Positions 13,541 to 24,295 of a DNA stretch of 64,000 nt are shown piece after piece. The notes under the pieces were generated by a model. That model did no database searches. It was not told where the DNA came from and saw only the letters and a list, made by a program, of their open reading frames with translations. Position numbers and translations under genes: made by a program. Position 1 is the first letter of the stretch. Each line of letters begins with the position of its first letter. The stretch is taken from assembly GCF_963921235.1 (NCBI RefSeq), contig NC_086097.1:168208001-168272000 (forward strand), written 5' to 3'. Origin of the DNA: Mobula hypostoma. Taxonomy: Eukaryota.

Positions 13541-15231
13541 ATATGAGAATTAGAAGGATATAGGCCAACACAGGTGAATGAGACCAGCTCAGATGGACTA
13601 CTTAGTCAAAAGATAGTAAGGCTGTATGGCCTAGTTCTGTATTGTATAATTCTTTGACTCTGTAACACTATGATGCAGTATCATAGTTCCTTACAGTTAA
13701 AATCTACAAATCTGAAAATATCTTGGTAACTCTTCTCTCCACCCTCTCCAAAGCTTCTTTCCTATAATGTGATGACATGTGTCCTGGGAAACACTGTATA
13801 AAAGTCTAATCTCCCAGCTCTTATATTCTATGCTACTGCCAATAAAGGGATGATTAAGATGAGAGAGTTGAATGCCTTGCTCAAAGATTGGTGAACGTAA
13901 AATGCACTTTAATTGATTGGAAATTTGACACTCATACTGGGAAAGAGGGATTGTCCATTGGGATGTGCTTGGCATCAGTTGGACTGGGACCAGTGCCCCA
14001 CTGAATCTTATAACTAGTGATAGATACGGCTTTGAACTAATTAGTTGGGAGGTGGGTTGTACTGATGGTAAATTTAGAAAGGAGGAAGGACAAGATGGTG
14101 GTGAAGGGTAGGAAAGTAACTAAAATGTCAGAGACTGACAGAAGTTTATAAAATTATTAGAGGCATAGACAGTCAAAATCAATTAAAGTTTCATCTCTGA
14201 GACCCTTCATTCAGGACAGGGAAAGAGAATGGCTGGAACTTCAATCATTGAATTCATTCAAAAAACAAACAGACAGGTTCCTACACATTAAAGCAATCAT
14301 GGAATATTCGGACCTGATGCAGGGTTTCAACCCAAATGTTAATCATTCCTTTGCCTGCACAGATGCTGCTGGACTACCTGAATTTTTTCAGCAGCTTTTT
14401 TTTTTGCTCCAGATTCCAGCATCTGCAGTCTATTGTATCTCCAAGGGACATGGGACCTGAAATGGCCAAGTCCACCACTTTCTTGTGCACTGGAGTTTCT
14501 GTACACAGATGTGATGCAACCAGTCAAAATGCTTTTCACTGTATATTTGTAGAAGAGTGTCAGAGTCTTTGCCAATTTGTCACACCTACTTAAATTCACA
14601 GGAAAGTAGTGACCCTAGATCTCTTCTTTCATGGTTGCATCTATGTGCTGGGCCCAGGATGGGTCTTCCATGATGTTGAAACCCAGGAACCCTTTGCACC
14701 GCAGACTCTTCAATTAGGATTGGCGTGTGTTTGCCTGATTTCTCCTTACTAAAGTCCACAATCATTTCCTTGATCTTCTTAACATTGACCATGAAGTTGT
14801 TACACCACCACTTGACCATCATCTATCATCTCTTTTGCTTTCAAAGGCTATGGGGCATATGAAGTATGAAGTCACTCCACAAACACTGTCAACACCCTTG
14901 AATGGAAAATCCTACAAAAATGATACAGCCCAGTCCATCATGGGTAAAGTCCTCTTCACCATTGAGCACCTCTACACTGAGTGCTGTCACAAGAAAATGG
15001 CTTCCGTCACCAAGAACCTGACACTCAGCCAGGCCATGCTCTCTCCTCATTGCCACCGTCAGAAAGAAGGTATAGGAGCCTCAGGACCCACACCACCAGG
15101 TTCAGGAACATTATTACCCCTCAACCATTATGTTCTTGAACCAGAAGGGATAACTTCACTCACCCCATCACCGAACTATTCCCACAGCCTATGGACTCAC
15201 TTACAAGGACACTTCATCTCATGTTCTCCAT

Positions 15232-18200
15232 TTTTTTTAATACTTAATCACAATTGAAGATGTTCAAAACAATACAAAGGAAATACAACTCCAGGTGGAG
15301 CTCAGACAAAACAAATCAAGAACAAAAAAAAGGCTGCCAGACAATTTACAAGATTAAATAAATAAACTTCCAGGTAAAGAGTTGACACAATAGTGACATC
15401 ACGGAAGCAATGTAAAGTAAAATGAATAAAGAAATCCGGTTAGGCACCACTCATGAGACTAGACAGGTCAAGGTCACTATGTATGTGAAGTAATATGACA
15501 CCGAGCCAGTAAGGGTCCCCATATTCTCTCAAATGTATTCCGTGTATTGGGTTTGTGCAGACGCAGTCTTTCCACTTGTATAATAGACAACATCTCCTTG
15601 AGCCAGTGTGCGAAGGTGGGTGGAGTAGTAGACTTCCAGGTCAGAAGAATAAGTTTCTTAGCCACCACCATTCCTAGATGCAGAGCAGTCTGCATGTCGT
15701 GCGGCAAAGCAAGAGTCTCTGCAGAGCATCCAAAGATGGCGAGGTTGTGATTGGGCTGAATGTCTCTAGAATAGACTTTGAGAGCCACTCAAAAACTGCA
15801 GTCCAAAAGTTGTATAATATCGGGCAAAACCAGAAAAGATGTGCTAGTGAGCCGTCAGCAGAGCGGCACTTATCGCATTCAGGAGAGACAGATGGGAAGA
15901 CGCGATTCAGTTTTGTTTTTGAATAATGTAATCTATGCATCACCTTGTACTGGATTAATCTGTAGCGTGAATTAATAGAACAACAGTGAACCGGGGACAT
16001 TGCCTCCTCCCAAAGTTCCGCTGATATCTCTGAGTTCAAGTCCCGGACCCAAGCTTCCCTAATAAAATCTGTAGAAACCAAAGGAGCAAAGCAATTCACA
16101 AATTTTGATATTAACTGTTTGGAGTCAGGAGGGAGCAAGAGGTTTTCAAGAAAGGGATGGGTGGTGGAAGCAGGCTCGAAGTGTGGGCACTTTTCCTTCA
16201 CGTAGTGTCTGACTTGGAGATAGCGAAAAAAATGTGAATTTGGAAGGTTAAACTTAGTGCTTAATTGTGTGAATGATTCAAACCGGCCGTCGATGTACAG
16301 ATCTAAGAAAGTTTTGGTACCCCTCTCTCTCCAGACTGCAAACACCCCGTCTAATTATCCAGGCTTGAATGAATGATTTTGACAAATGGGAGTGTGTATG
16401 GAAACACTGGGAGTTTGGTGAGCCACTTTTATCTGGTTTAATATTCGTAAAGAATTCTTTAAGGTATAGTTTTGCCGGATTAGCTTGTCTGTTGGAAAGT
16501 GGAAAGCAGGAGAGCAGGAAGTGAAGAATATTTAACAACAGAGGGTTCCAGCTGTAGAACATAGAACATAGAATAGTACAGCACAGTACAGGCCCTTTGG
16601 CCCACAATGTTGTGCCGACCCTCAAACCCTGCCTCCCATATAAGCCCCCACCTTAGATTCCTCCATATACCTGTCTAGTAGTCTCTTAAACTTCACTAGT
16701 GTACCTGCCTCCACCACTGACTCAGGCAGTGCATTCCACGCACCAACCACTCTCTGAGTAAAAAATCTTCCTCTAATATCCCCTTTGAACTTTCCACCCC
16801 TTACCTTAAAGTCATGTCCTCTTGTATTGAGCAGTGGTGCCCTGGGGAAGAGGTGCTGGCTTTCCACTCTATCTATTTCTCTTATTATCTTGTACACCTC
16901 TATCATGTCTCCTCTCATTCTCCTTCTCTCCAAAGAGTAAAGCCCTAGCTCCCTTAATCTCTGATCATAATGCATACTCTCTAAATCAGGCAGCATTCTG
17001 GTAAATCTCCTCTACCCTTTCCAATGCTTCCACATCCTTCCTATAGTGAGGTGACCAGAACTGGACACAATACTCCAAGTGTGGCCAAACCAGAGTTTTA
17101 TAGAGCTGCATCATTACATCGCGACTCTTAAACTCTATCCCTCGACTTATGAAAGCTAACACCCCACAAGCTTTCTTAACTACCCTATCCACCTGTGAGG
17201 CAACTTTCAGGGATCTGTGGACATGTACCCCGAGATCCCTCTGCTCCTCCACACTACCAAGTATCCTGCCATTTACTTTGTACTCTGCCTTGGAGTTTGT
17301 CCTTCCAAAGTGTACCACCTCACACTTCTCCGGGTTGAACTCCATCTGCCACTTCTCAGGCCACTTCTGCATCCTATCAATGTCTCTCTGCAATCTTTGA
17401 CAATCCTCTACACTATCTACAACACCACCAACGTTTGTGTCATCTGAAAACTTGCCAACCCACCCTTCTACCCCCACATCCAGATTGTTAATAAAAATCA
17501 CGAAAAGTAGAGGTTCCAGAACAGATCCTTGTGGGACACCAATAGTCACAATCCTCCAATCTGAATGTACTCCCTCCACCACCACCCTCTGCCTTCTGCA
17601 GGCAAGCCAATTCTGAATCCACCTGGCCAAACTTCCCTGGATCCCCCATGCCTTCTAACTTTCTGAATAAGCCTACCGTGTGGAACCTTGTCAAATGCCT
17701 TACTAAAATCCATATAGATCACATCCACTGCACTACTCTCATCTATATGCCTGGTCACCTCCTCAAAGAACTCTATCAGGCTTGTTAGACACGATCTGCC
17801 CTTCACAAAGCCATGCTGACTGTCCCTGATCAGACCATGATTCTCTAAATGCCTATAGATCCTATCTCTAAGAATCTTTTCCAACAGTTTTCCCACCACA
17901 GACGTAAGGCTCACTGGTCTATAATTACCCGGACTATCCCTACTACCTTTTTTGAACAAGGGAACAACATTCGCCTCCCTCCAATCCTCCGGTACCATTC
18001 CCGTGGACAACGAGGACATAAAGATCCTAGCCAGAGGCTCAGCAATCTCTTCTCTCACCTCATGGAGCAGCCTGGGGAATATTCCGTCAGGCCCCGGGGA
18101 CTTATCTGTCCTAATGTATTTTAACAATTGCAAAACCTCCTCTCCCTTAATATCAGCATGCTCCAGAACATCAACCTCACTCATATTGTCCTCACCATCA

Positions 18201-19997
18201 TCAAATTCCCTCTCATTGGTGAATACCGAAGAGAAGTATTCATTGAGGACCTCACTCACTTCCACAGCCTCCAGGCACATCTTCCCACCTTTATCTCTAA
18301 TCGGTCCTACGTTCACTCCTGTCATCCTTTTTTTCTTCACATAATTGAAGAATGCCTTGGGGTTTTCCTTTACCCTACTTGCCAAGGCCTTCTCATGCCC
18401 CCTTCTTGCTCTTCTCAGCCCCTTCTTAAGCTCCTTTCTTGCTTCCCTATATTCCTCAATAGACCCATCTGATCCTTGCTTCCTAAACCTCATGTATGCT
18501 GCCTTCTTCCACCTGACTAGATTTTCCACCTCACATGTCACCCATGGTTCCTTCACCCTACCATTCTTTATCTTCCTCACGGGGACAAATTTATCCCTAA
18601 CATCCTGCAAGAGATCTCTAAACATCAACCACATGTCCATAGTACATTTCCCTGCAAAAACATCATCCCAATTCACACCCGCAAGTTCTAGCCTTATAGC
18701 CTCATAATTTGCCTTTCCCCAATTAAAAATTTTCCTGTCCTCTTTGATTCTATCCTTTTCCATGATAATTATAAAGGCCAGGGAGCGGTTGTCACTGTCC
18801 CCCAGATGCTCACCCACTGAGAGATCTGTGACCTGACCCGGTTCATTACCTAGTACTAGATCTAGTATGGCATTCCCCCTGGTTGGCCTGTCCACATACT
18901 GTGACAGGAATCCATCCTGGACACACTTAACAAAGTCTGCCCCATCTAAACCCTTGGAACTAATCAGGTGCCAATCAATATTAGGAAAGTTAAAGTCACC
19001 CATGATAACAACCCTGTTATTTTTGCACCTTTCCAAAATCTGCCTCCCAATCTGCTCCTCTGTATCTCTGCTGCTACCAGGGGGCCTATAGAATACCCCC
19101 AGTAGAGTAACTGCTCCCTTTCTGTTCCTGACTTCCACTCATATTGACTCAAAAGAGGATCCTGCTACATTACCCACCCTTTCTGTAGCTGTAATAATAT
19201 CCCTGACCAGTAATGTCACCCCTCCTCCCCTTTTTCCGCCCTCCCCATCCCTTTTAAAGCACTGAAATCCAGGAATATTGAGAATCCATTCCTGCCCTGG
19301 TGCCAGCCATAAAGGTTTTTCTTGGGTCTCAGCACCTCCATATTTCCAGTATGTAAGAGCCCCTGGCAACTGGCATTAGGGGCCACACACACATTAAAGG
19401 TATTAAGTTGGGCAATATTGAGACCCGTGTGACTCTGTACGCGGACGACTACCTTGTCTGTCTAGCCGACCCAGCGGTCTCTATTCCTATCCTACTAGAA
19501 TATATAAATTCCTTCGGGAGTATTTCTAGCTATACCATAAACTGGGGAAAGAGCGAATTCATGCCCTTAGAGGATCAATTTACTGAACACTTCCTGAAAA
19601 AGTTGCCTTTTAGAGTAGAGAAGGACTGTTTCACCTACTTGGGGCAGGTATTGTATTTTTAACTGATTAAGAACCCAAATCATCTTTTCAAATTTAATTT
19701 TATAGAATCATTAGAAAAACTCAAAACAAATATCGAGTCCTGAAGGATACTTCCCTTGTCCGTGATTGGACGGGTAAATGCGATTAAAATGGTGAGCCTA
19801 CCCAGGTTTCTATATCTTTTTCAAAACCTGCCTATATACTTAAATACATCCTTTTTGAACTTGACTCTATCCTATTGCCCTTTGTGTGGGGCTACAAATC
19901 ACACAGGATATCAAAGGCTCACCTACACAAACCTCTTAAGAAGGGCGGTCTTGGTCTGCCAAATTTCAAACATTACTAACTCCAGGGCTCTTACATA
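15232..19997 (-). mobile_element. L1/Tx1-clade LINE, 5'-truncated with an inverted 5' segment (19368-19997 on +), interrupted by CR1
   Basis: Minus-strand L1 ORF2 C-terminus (FFRYLQVRH, QYKVMHRLHY, CDKC...HLFWFC zinc knuckle). Plus-strand RT segment (TLYADD, GRVNAIKMVSLPRFLYLFQNLP). T-tract at 15231-15238. 11-bp TSD at 15221-15231 and 19998-20008. Confidence 0.85.
16557..19308 (-). mobile_element. Young 5'-truncated CR1 LINE (APE C-terminal half + RT + 3' tail), a few frameshifts
   Basis: Long ORFs 17546-19138, 16986-17630 and 16622-16996 with MGDFNFP, LDLVL, KSPGPDGI, NYRPVSLTS, DFSKAFDKVPH, GVPQGSVL, FSDD, TRGH. (AGAACAT)n tail at 16557-16575. Confidence 0.95.
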
Positions 19998-20415
19998 ATG
20001 TTCTCCATATTTATTGCTTAATTATTTATTTTTATTTTTCCCTTTTGTATTTGCACAAATTTGTCGTTTTTTTGCACATTGTCCTTTTGGATGCATTTTT
20101 TAAAATTGATTTTATTGTGTTTCTTTGATTTCCTTCGTATGCCTGCAAGTAAACGAATATGACATATATGATAATAAATTTACTTTGAACTTTGATGTTC
20201 TAAGTGTCTCCAGCAATATGTTTCTGACTCAAGTACGAAGTTCTTCCTTTTAATTACACTGTGTTGCAAGCAGGAAGCTGGCTTCTTGGAAGTGAATGAG
20301 TCAGGATTTCCCATTATTTCGGAGTTGAAGCTGCGCTGTGGCAAGTTCGCAGTAAGGACCTGGCGAAGCAAGTGAAATTACGTTGCGAATTGTTTTCATC
20401 ACATCGTCCCAAGGT

Positions 20416-22125
20416 ATGGACGGGGATGATCCCTGCACATCCAGCCAGACTGAAACGGATCGGGACGAAACGGAGGGAGAGAATTCGCCTAGAATTAAAA
20501 TTAAAAGGAGTTCAGAAACCTCCCTGCCCTCTGGCCGCCACTTGGTTACATTCCGCAGAGGGAAGGCGGAGGCAACTCTCGCAGATAATGTCGCGGCGGC
20601 CCGAGCTTTGCAGAATATGGTCAGAACCAGCCTGGGACCCAAGGGCACCGTGAAAATGTTAGTGTCGGAGGCGGGCGACATCAAAATAACCAAGAGCGGA
20701 GGGCTTCTGCTGCGGAGCATGAGACGGCAGCAGCCCGCCGCCACCTTCATCGCCCAGACAGTACTATCCATGAGTGATAGAACTGGAGACGGCGCCACGT
20801 CCGCTGTGCTATTGGTCGGGGAGATGCTGAAGGAGGCCGAACGCTATGTCTCGCAGGGAGTCCACCCCAGGGTCATCGTGGAAGGGCTGAAAGCGGCCAA
20901 GAAGGAAGCGATCTTTTGCCTTGATGAGCTGTGGGAGGACGTGGACAAATCCATTATGCAGAAGGTGGCTCGGACCTCGATCGGCACCAAGGTCTGCGCG
21001 GAGCTGGCGGAGGTTCTAGCCGAGCCGGTGGCGACCGCGGTGAATTCAGTCTCTCAATCGAGGGAGCCTGTCGACCTGAATCGGGTGCAGCTGGTGGCGA
21101 TGGGGCACGAGATGGAGCAGGATGTCAGGCTGGTTAAGGGGATTGTCCTGGAACAAAGGGCCCGCCATCCCGACAGGAAGTGGCGAAAGGAGGATGCATT
21201 TGTCCTCGCCTTGAACGTGGCCTTGAAGCTCGCGAATCGCAAGGGCAGCTCCCGCCACTTCTGCGTGGACGCGGGGGAGAAGCAGGGGTCGGCGGAGGCG
21301 GAGTGGAGGGTAATCCGGGAGAATGTGCAGAAGATCATAGCGCTGAAGTGCGATGTGTGCGGCACCTCCAATAAAAGCTTCATTGTGGTCAACCAGAAGG
21401 GGCTGGATACAATGGCTCTTGGGGCATTTGCTAGCGAGGGGATAATGGCGCTGTTGAATGTCAAAAAGCACGACGTGGAGATGCTGCCCCTCGGCTGCGG
21501 GGGTCGGGTGGTGAGCTCCATGCAGGATCTGAGCGCAGAGTGCCTGGGGCACGCAGGGCTGGTGTACCAGGAGACCCAGGAAGCGAGCACCTACACCTTC
21601 TTCGAGCAGTGTGACGACCCCCGGTGTGTCACCCTGCTCATCAAGGACTCCAATGAGCATACTCTCGCCCAGATCAAGGAGGCCGTCTTGCATGGCATGC
21701 GGGCGGTTAAGAACAGCATCGACGACGGCAGCGCCATGCCCGGGGCCGGGGCGGTGGAGCTGCGCATCAGAAACCAGCTGGTCCACCACAGGGATACCGA
21801 GATGAAGGGCGCGGCCCTGCTGGGGTTCCAGGCTTTCGCCGACGCCATCCTGACTATCCCAAAGACGCTGGTTGAGAACGCGGGCCTTGACCCCTACGAG
21901 GTCGTGTGCAAAGCTCTAGAAGCGGAGGAGCAAACCACCATCCCCGTGGGGATTGACCTGTCCTCGGGTGAATTAGTTGATGATTGGCAGACTCCCGTCT
22001 GGGACAATAGCCTCGTCAAACACCAGCTGATACACACCAGCACTGCCATCGTCTGCAATCTTCTTTTAGTGGATGAGATTGTAGAGACAGGTAAAACACT
22101 GACGCCAGTGGATTTGGCCAGATAG
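20416..22125 (+). CDS. CCT6-like: Intronless, divergent T-complex protein 1 subunit zeta (CCT6)-like chaperonin, 569 aa (probable retrogene)
   Basis: Single uninterrupted ORF from the first in-frame ATG (20416) to TAG (22123-22125). CCT6-type segments: LGPKGTVKMLVSEAGDIK, ARTSIGTKVCAELAEVL, ARHPD, NQKGLD, CLGHAGLVY, VTLLIK, HTLAQIKEAV, AVKNSIDDG..PGAGAVE, QAFADA, VWDN..VKHQLIH, NLLLVDEI. Confidence 0.9.
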   Translation: MDGDDPCTSSQTETDRDETEGENSPRIKIKRSSETSLPSGRHLVTFRRGKAEATLADNVAAARALQNMVRTSLGPKGTVKMLVSEAGDIKITKSGGLLLRSMRRQQPAATFIAQTVLSMSDRTGDGATSAVLLVGEMLKEAERYVSQGVHPRVIVEGLKAAKKEAIFCLDELWEDVDKSIMQKVARTSIGTKVCAELAEVLAEPVATAVNSVSQSREPVDLNRVQLVAMGHEMEQDVRLVKGIVLEQRARHPDRKWRKEDAFVLALNVALKLANRKGSSRHFCVDAGEKQGSAEAEWRVIRENVQKIIALKCDVCGTSNKSFIVVNQKGLDTMALGAFASEGIMALLNVKKHDVEMLPLGCGGRVVSSMQDLSAECLGHAGLVYQETQEASTYTFFEQCDDPRCVTLLIKDSNEHTLAQIKEAVLHGMRAVKNSIDDGSAMPGAGAVELRIRNQLVHHRDTEMKGAALLGFQAFADAILTIPKTLVENAGLDPYEVVCKALEAEEQTTIPVGIDLSSGELVDDWQTPVWDNSLVKHQLIHTSTAIVCNLLLVDEIVETGKTLTPVDLAR

Positions 22126-22484
22126 TCAAAGTCGCCTTCATTGCAGTATATCGTCTCACAATTTAGACGGGGGCCATTATACCCATTGCGCTTGTGTCGG
22201 CTCAGATTGTTCCTATCATCTCCCCATGTCTCTCCTCCAGCACTGACACAAGCGTAGAAGTCAAGCATCTTGCCAGCGTTCTTTTGGGATATGGGTGGGT
22301 GGGGAAGCAAAACCTCTGGAGAATCCACACAGTGTGTAAACTCCTTACAGACAGCACCCAAAGTCAGGATCGAACCCTGGTTTCTGAAGCTGTACCACCC
22401 CAAGTGATTGATTTTACTTTTGCAACAGAGGTGGGTAGGATTTGATTAAAAGGACATAAAATAATTCAGGTGCAAGGAAGAGTA

Positions 22485-22547
22485 AATAAACATCACACAC
22501 TGTTTTGGAATGTATGGATGAGATTGAAGAAACTAAACCTGAATAAA
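22485..22547 (+). terminator. Candidate polyadenylation signals for the CCT6-like gene
   Basis: AATAAA at 22485-22490 and 22542-22547, about 360-420 nt after the stop codon. Confidence 0.4.
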
Positions 22548-23224
22548 TGCTATCAAAATGCTATCAATATGTCTCAATGTCCTTCCTAAACACCATCATT
22601 ACAGTGCATGGTAAGAGTAGTCACTGACGTGGAGTGTGGAATTGCAGCCACAGTCCCCATGATAGTACTGTGAAACTCACCGCAAGTGAAATGGCTGCAT
22701 GCAAGTTAAATGCAGAATTATGATTCTGATTGTGCACAGCCTATGTAACTAGATTAATAGTCTATAGATTTAGATTACTGTAATCGTGAAATTCCTGGAT
22801 TATTTTTAAAACCCGCTTGAACAAAAGAGGTTACTGCTCTCATCAGTTGAAATGTCCCTGTAATCATTGATCTCTCTTTAAGAAGACTATGCATTACTAA
22901 ATGACAATAAAAGGAGACTGCGTGGCCTCATAATCTAATCTAAATAATCTAAATCTTGTTGTTACATGCTCTCATTATTTATTGTTATTTATTTATATTA
23001 GTATTTGCAGTTTGTTGTCTTTTCTACTCTTGCTCTTTCATTGATCCTGCTTACAATGACTATTTGCTGAGTATACCCATAGGAAAAATAATCTCAGGGT
23101 TGTATGCAGTGACATGTATGTTCTCTGATTATGAATTTTACTTTGACTTTTGAACTTTGAAAAACCCAAATGGCTTTCTGATTTATTTTTCAATAAGGGA
23201 ATCTGCCATCCTTACCCCTTCTGG

Positions 23225-24295
23225 CCTGACAGGCAGAAGACAGTGAGTGGGAATAAAAAGGGCTTTTTTCTGTTTGACTGCCAGTGACTAGTGGGTGCTC
23301 CTCAGGAGTCAGTATTGCACCTGCTATTTTTCACATTGTTTCTCAATGATTTGGATAATGGAATTGATGGCTTTGTGGCCAAGTTTGCGGATGATGCAAA
23401 GATAGGTGGAGGGGTAGATAGTGCTGGGGAAGTACTGTAATGTGGTTGCAACAGGACTCAGACAAATTGGAAGAATGGGCAAAAAAGTGGCAGATGGAAT
23501 ACAGTGTTGGGAAATGGATCATAATGCATTTTGGTAAAATGAACAATAGTGCAGGCTATTATCTAAATGGGGAGAAAATTCAAACATCAGAGGAGCAGAG
23601 GGACTTAGGAGTCCTCATGCAAGACTCCCAGAAGATTAATTTACAGGTTGAGTCTGTGGTAAAGAAGGCAAATGCAATGTTGGCATGTATTTCAAGGAGA
23701 ATAGAATATAAAACCAAGGCGATAATGCTGAGCCTTTATAAGACACTAGTCAGGCTGCACTTGGAGTATTGTCAACAGTTTTGCACCCCAATACTCAGAA
23801 AGGATGTGTTGTCATTGGAGAGAATCCAGAGGAGGGACATGAGGATGATTCCGGGAATGAAGGGGTTAACATATGAGGTGTGTTTGGTAGTTTTGGGCCT
23901 GTACTCACTGGATCTTGGAAGAATGTGGTGGGATCTCATTGAAACCTACCGAATGTTGAAAGGGCTAAATAGGGTAGATATGGAGAGGATGTTTCCTGTG
24001 GTGGGGGTATCCAGAACTAGAGGGCACAGCCTCAAAATTGACGGATGACCTTTTAGAACAGAGTTAAGGAGGAATATTTTTAGCCAGAGAGTAGTGAATC
24101 TGTGGAATGCTGTGCCACAGGCTGCGGTGGAGGCCAAGACCATGGGTATATTTAAGGCAGAAGTTGATCTTTTCCTGAATCATTAGGACATCAAAGGATA
24201 TGGTGAGAAGGTGGGATCAGCCATGATGGAATTGCGTAGCAGACTTGATGGGCTGAATGGCCTAATTCTGCCCCTATGTCTTATGATCTTATGTA
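23225..24295 (+). mobile_element. CR1 LINE 3' fragment (RT C-terminal half)
   Basis: KFADD, WQMEYSVGK, RDLGV, LYKTLVRLHLEYC, TRGHSLK peptides; TCTTATG tail. Confidence 0.9.

Larger units (their letters stand above)
14900..20195 (+). mobile_element. Rex1/Babar-type LINE 3' end split into ~14900-15231 and 19998-20195 by an L1 insertion
   Basis: The two halves join across the TSD ATGTTCTCCAT and resemble the copy at 33420-33755. Ends in an ACTTTGAACTTTGA tail. Confidence 0.65.

Noticed and set aside
16622..19308. CR1 as an active autonomous element or host gene
   Set aside because: 5'-truncated inside the endonuclease, at least three frameshifts, no ORF1.
20383..20415. ORF-track start of the 580-aa chaperonin ORF at 20383
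   Set aside because: It is a TTG codon; in a vertebrate the first in-frame ATG at 20416 is the plausible start.
20416..22125. Horizontally acquired archaeal thermosome/GroEL gene or contaminant
   Set aside because: Diagnostic segments are specifically CCT6-like, and the ORF is contiguous with host retroelement-rich DNA.
20301..22403. Long antisense and alternate-frame ORFs over the CCT6-like gene (e.g. 21046-21789)
   Set aside because: Expected shadow ORFs of a GC-rich coding sequence; no recognisable motifs.
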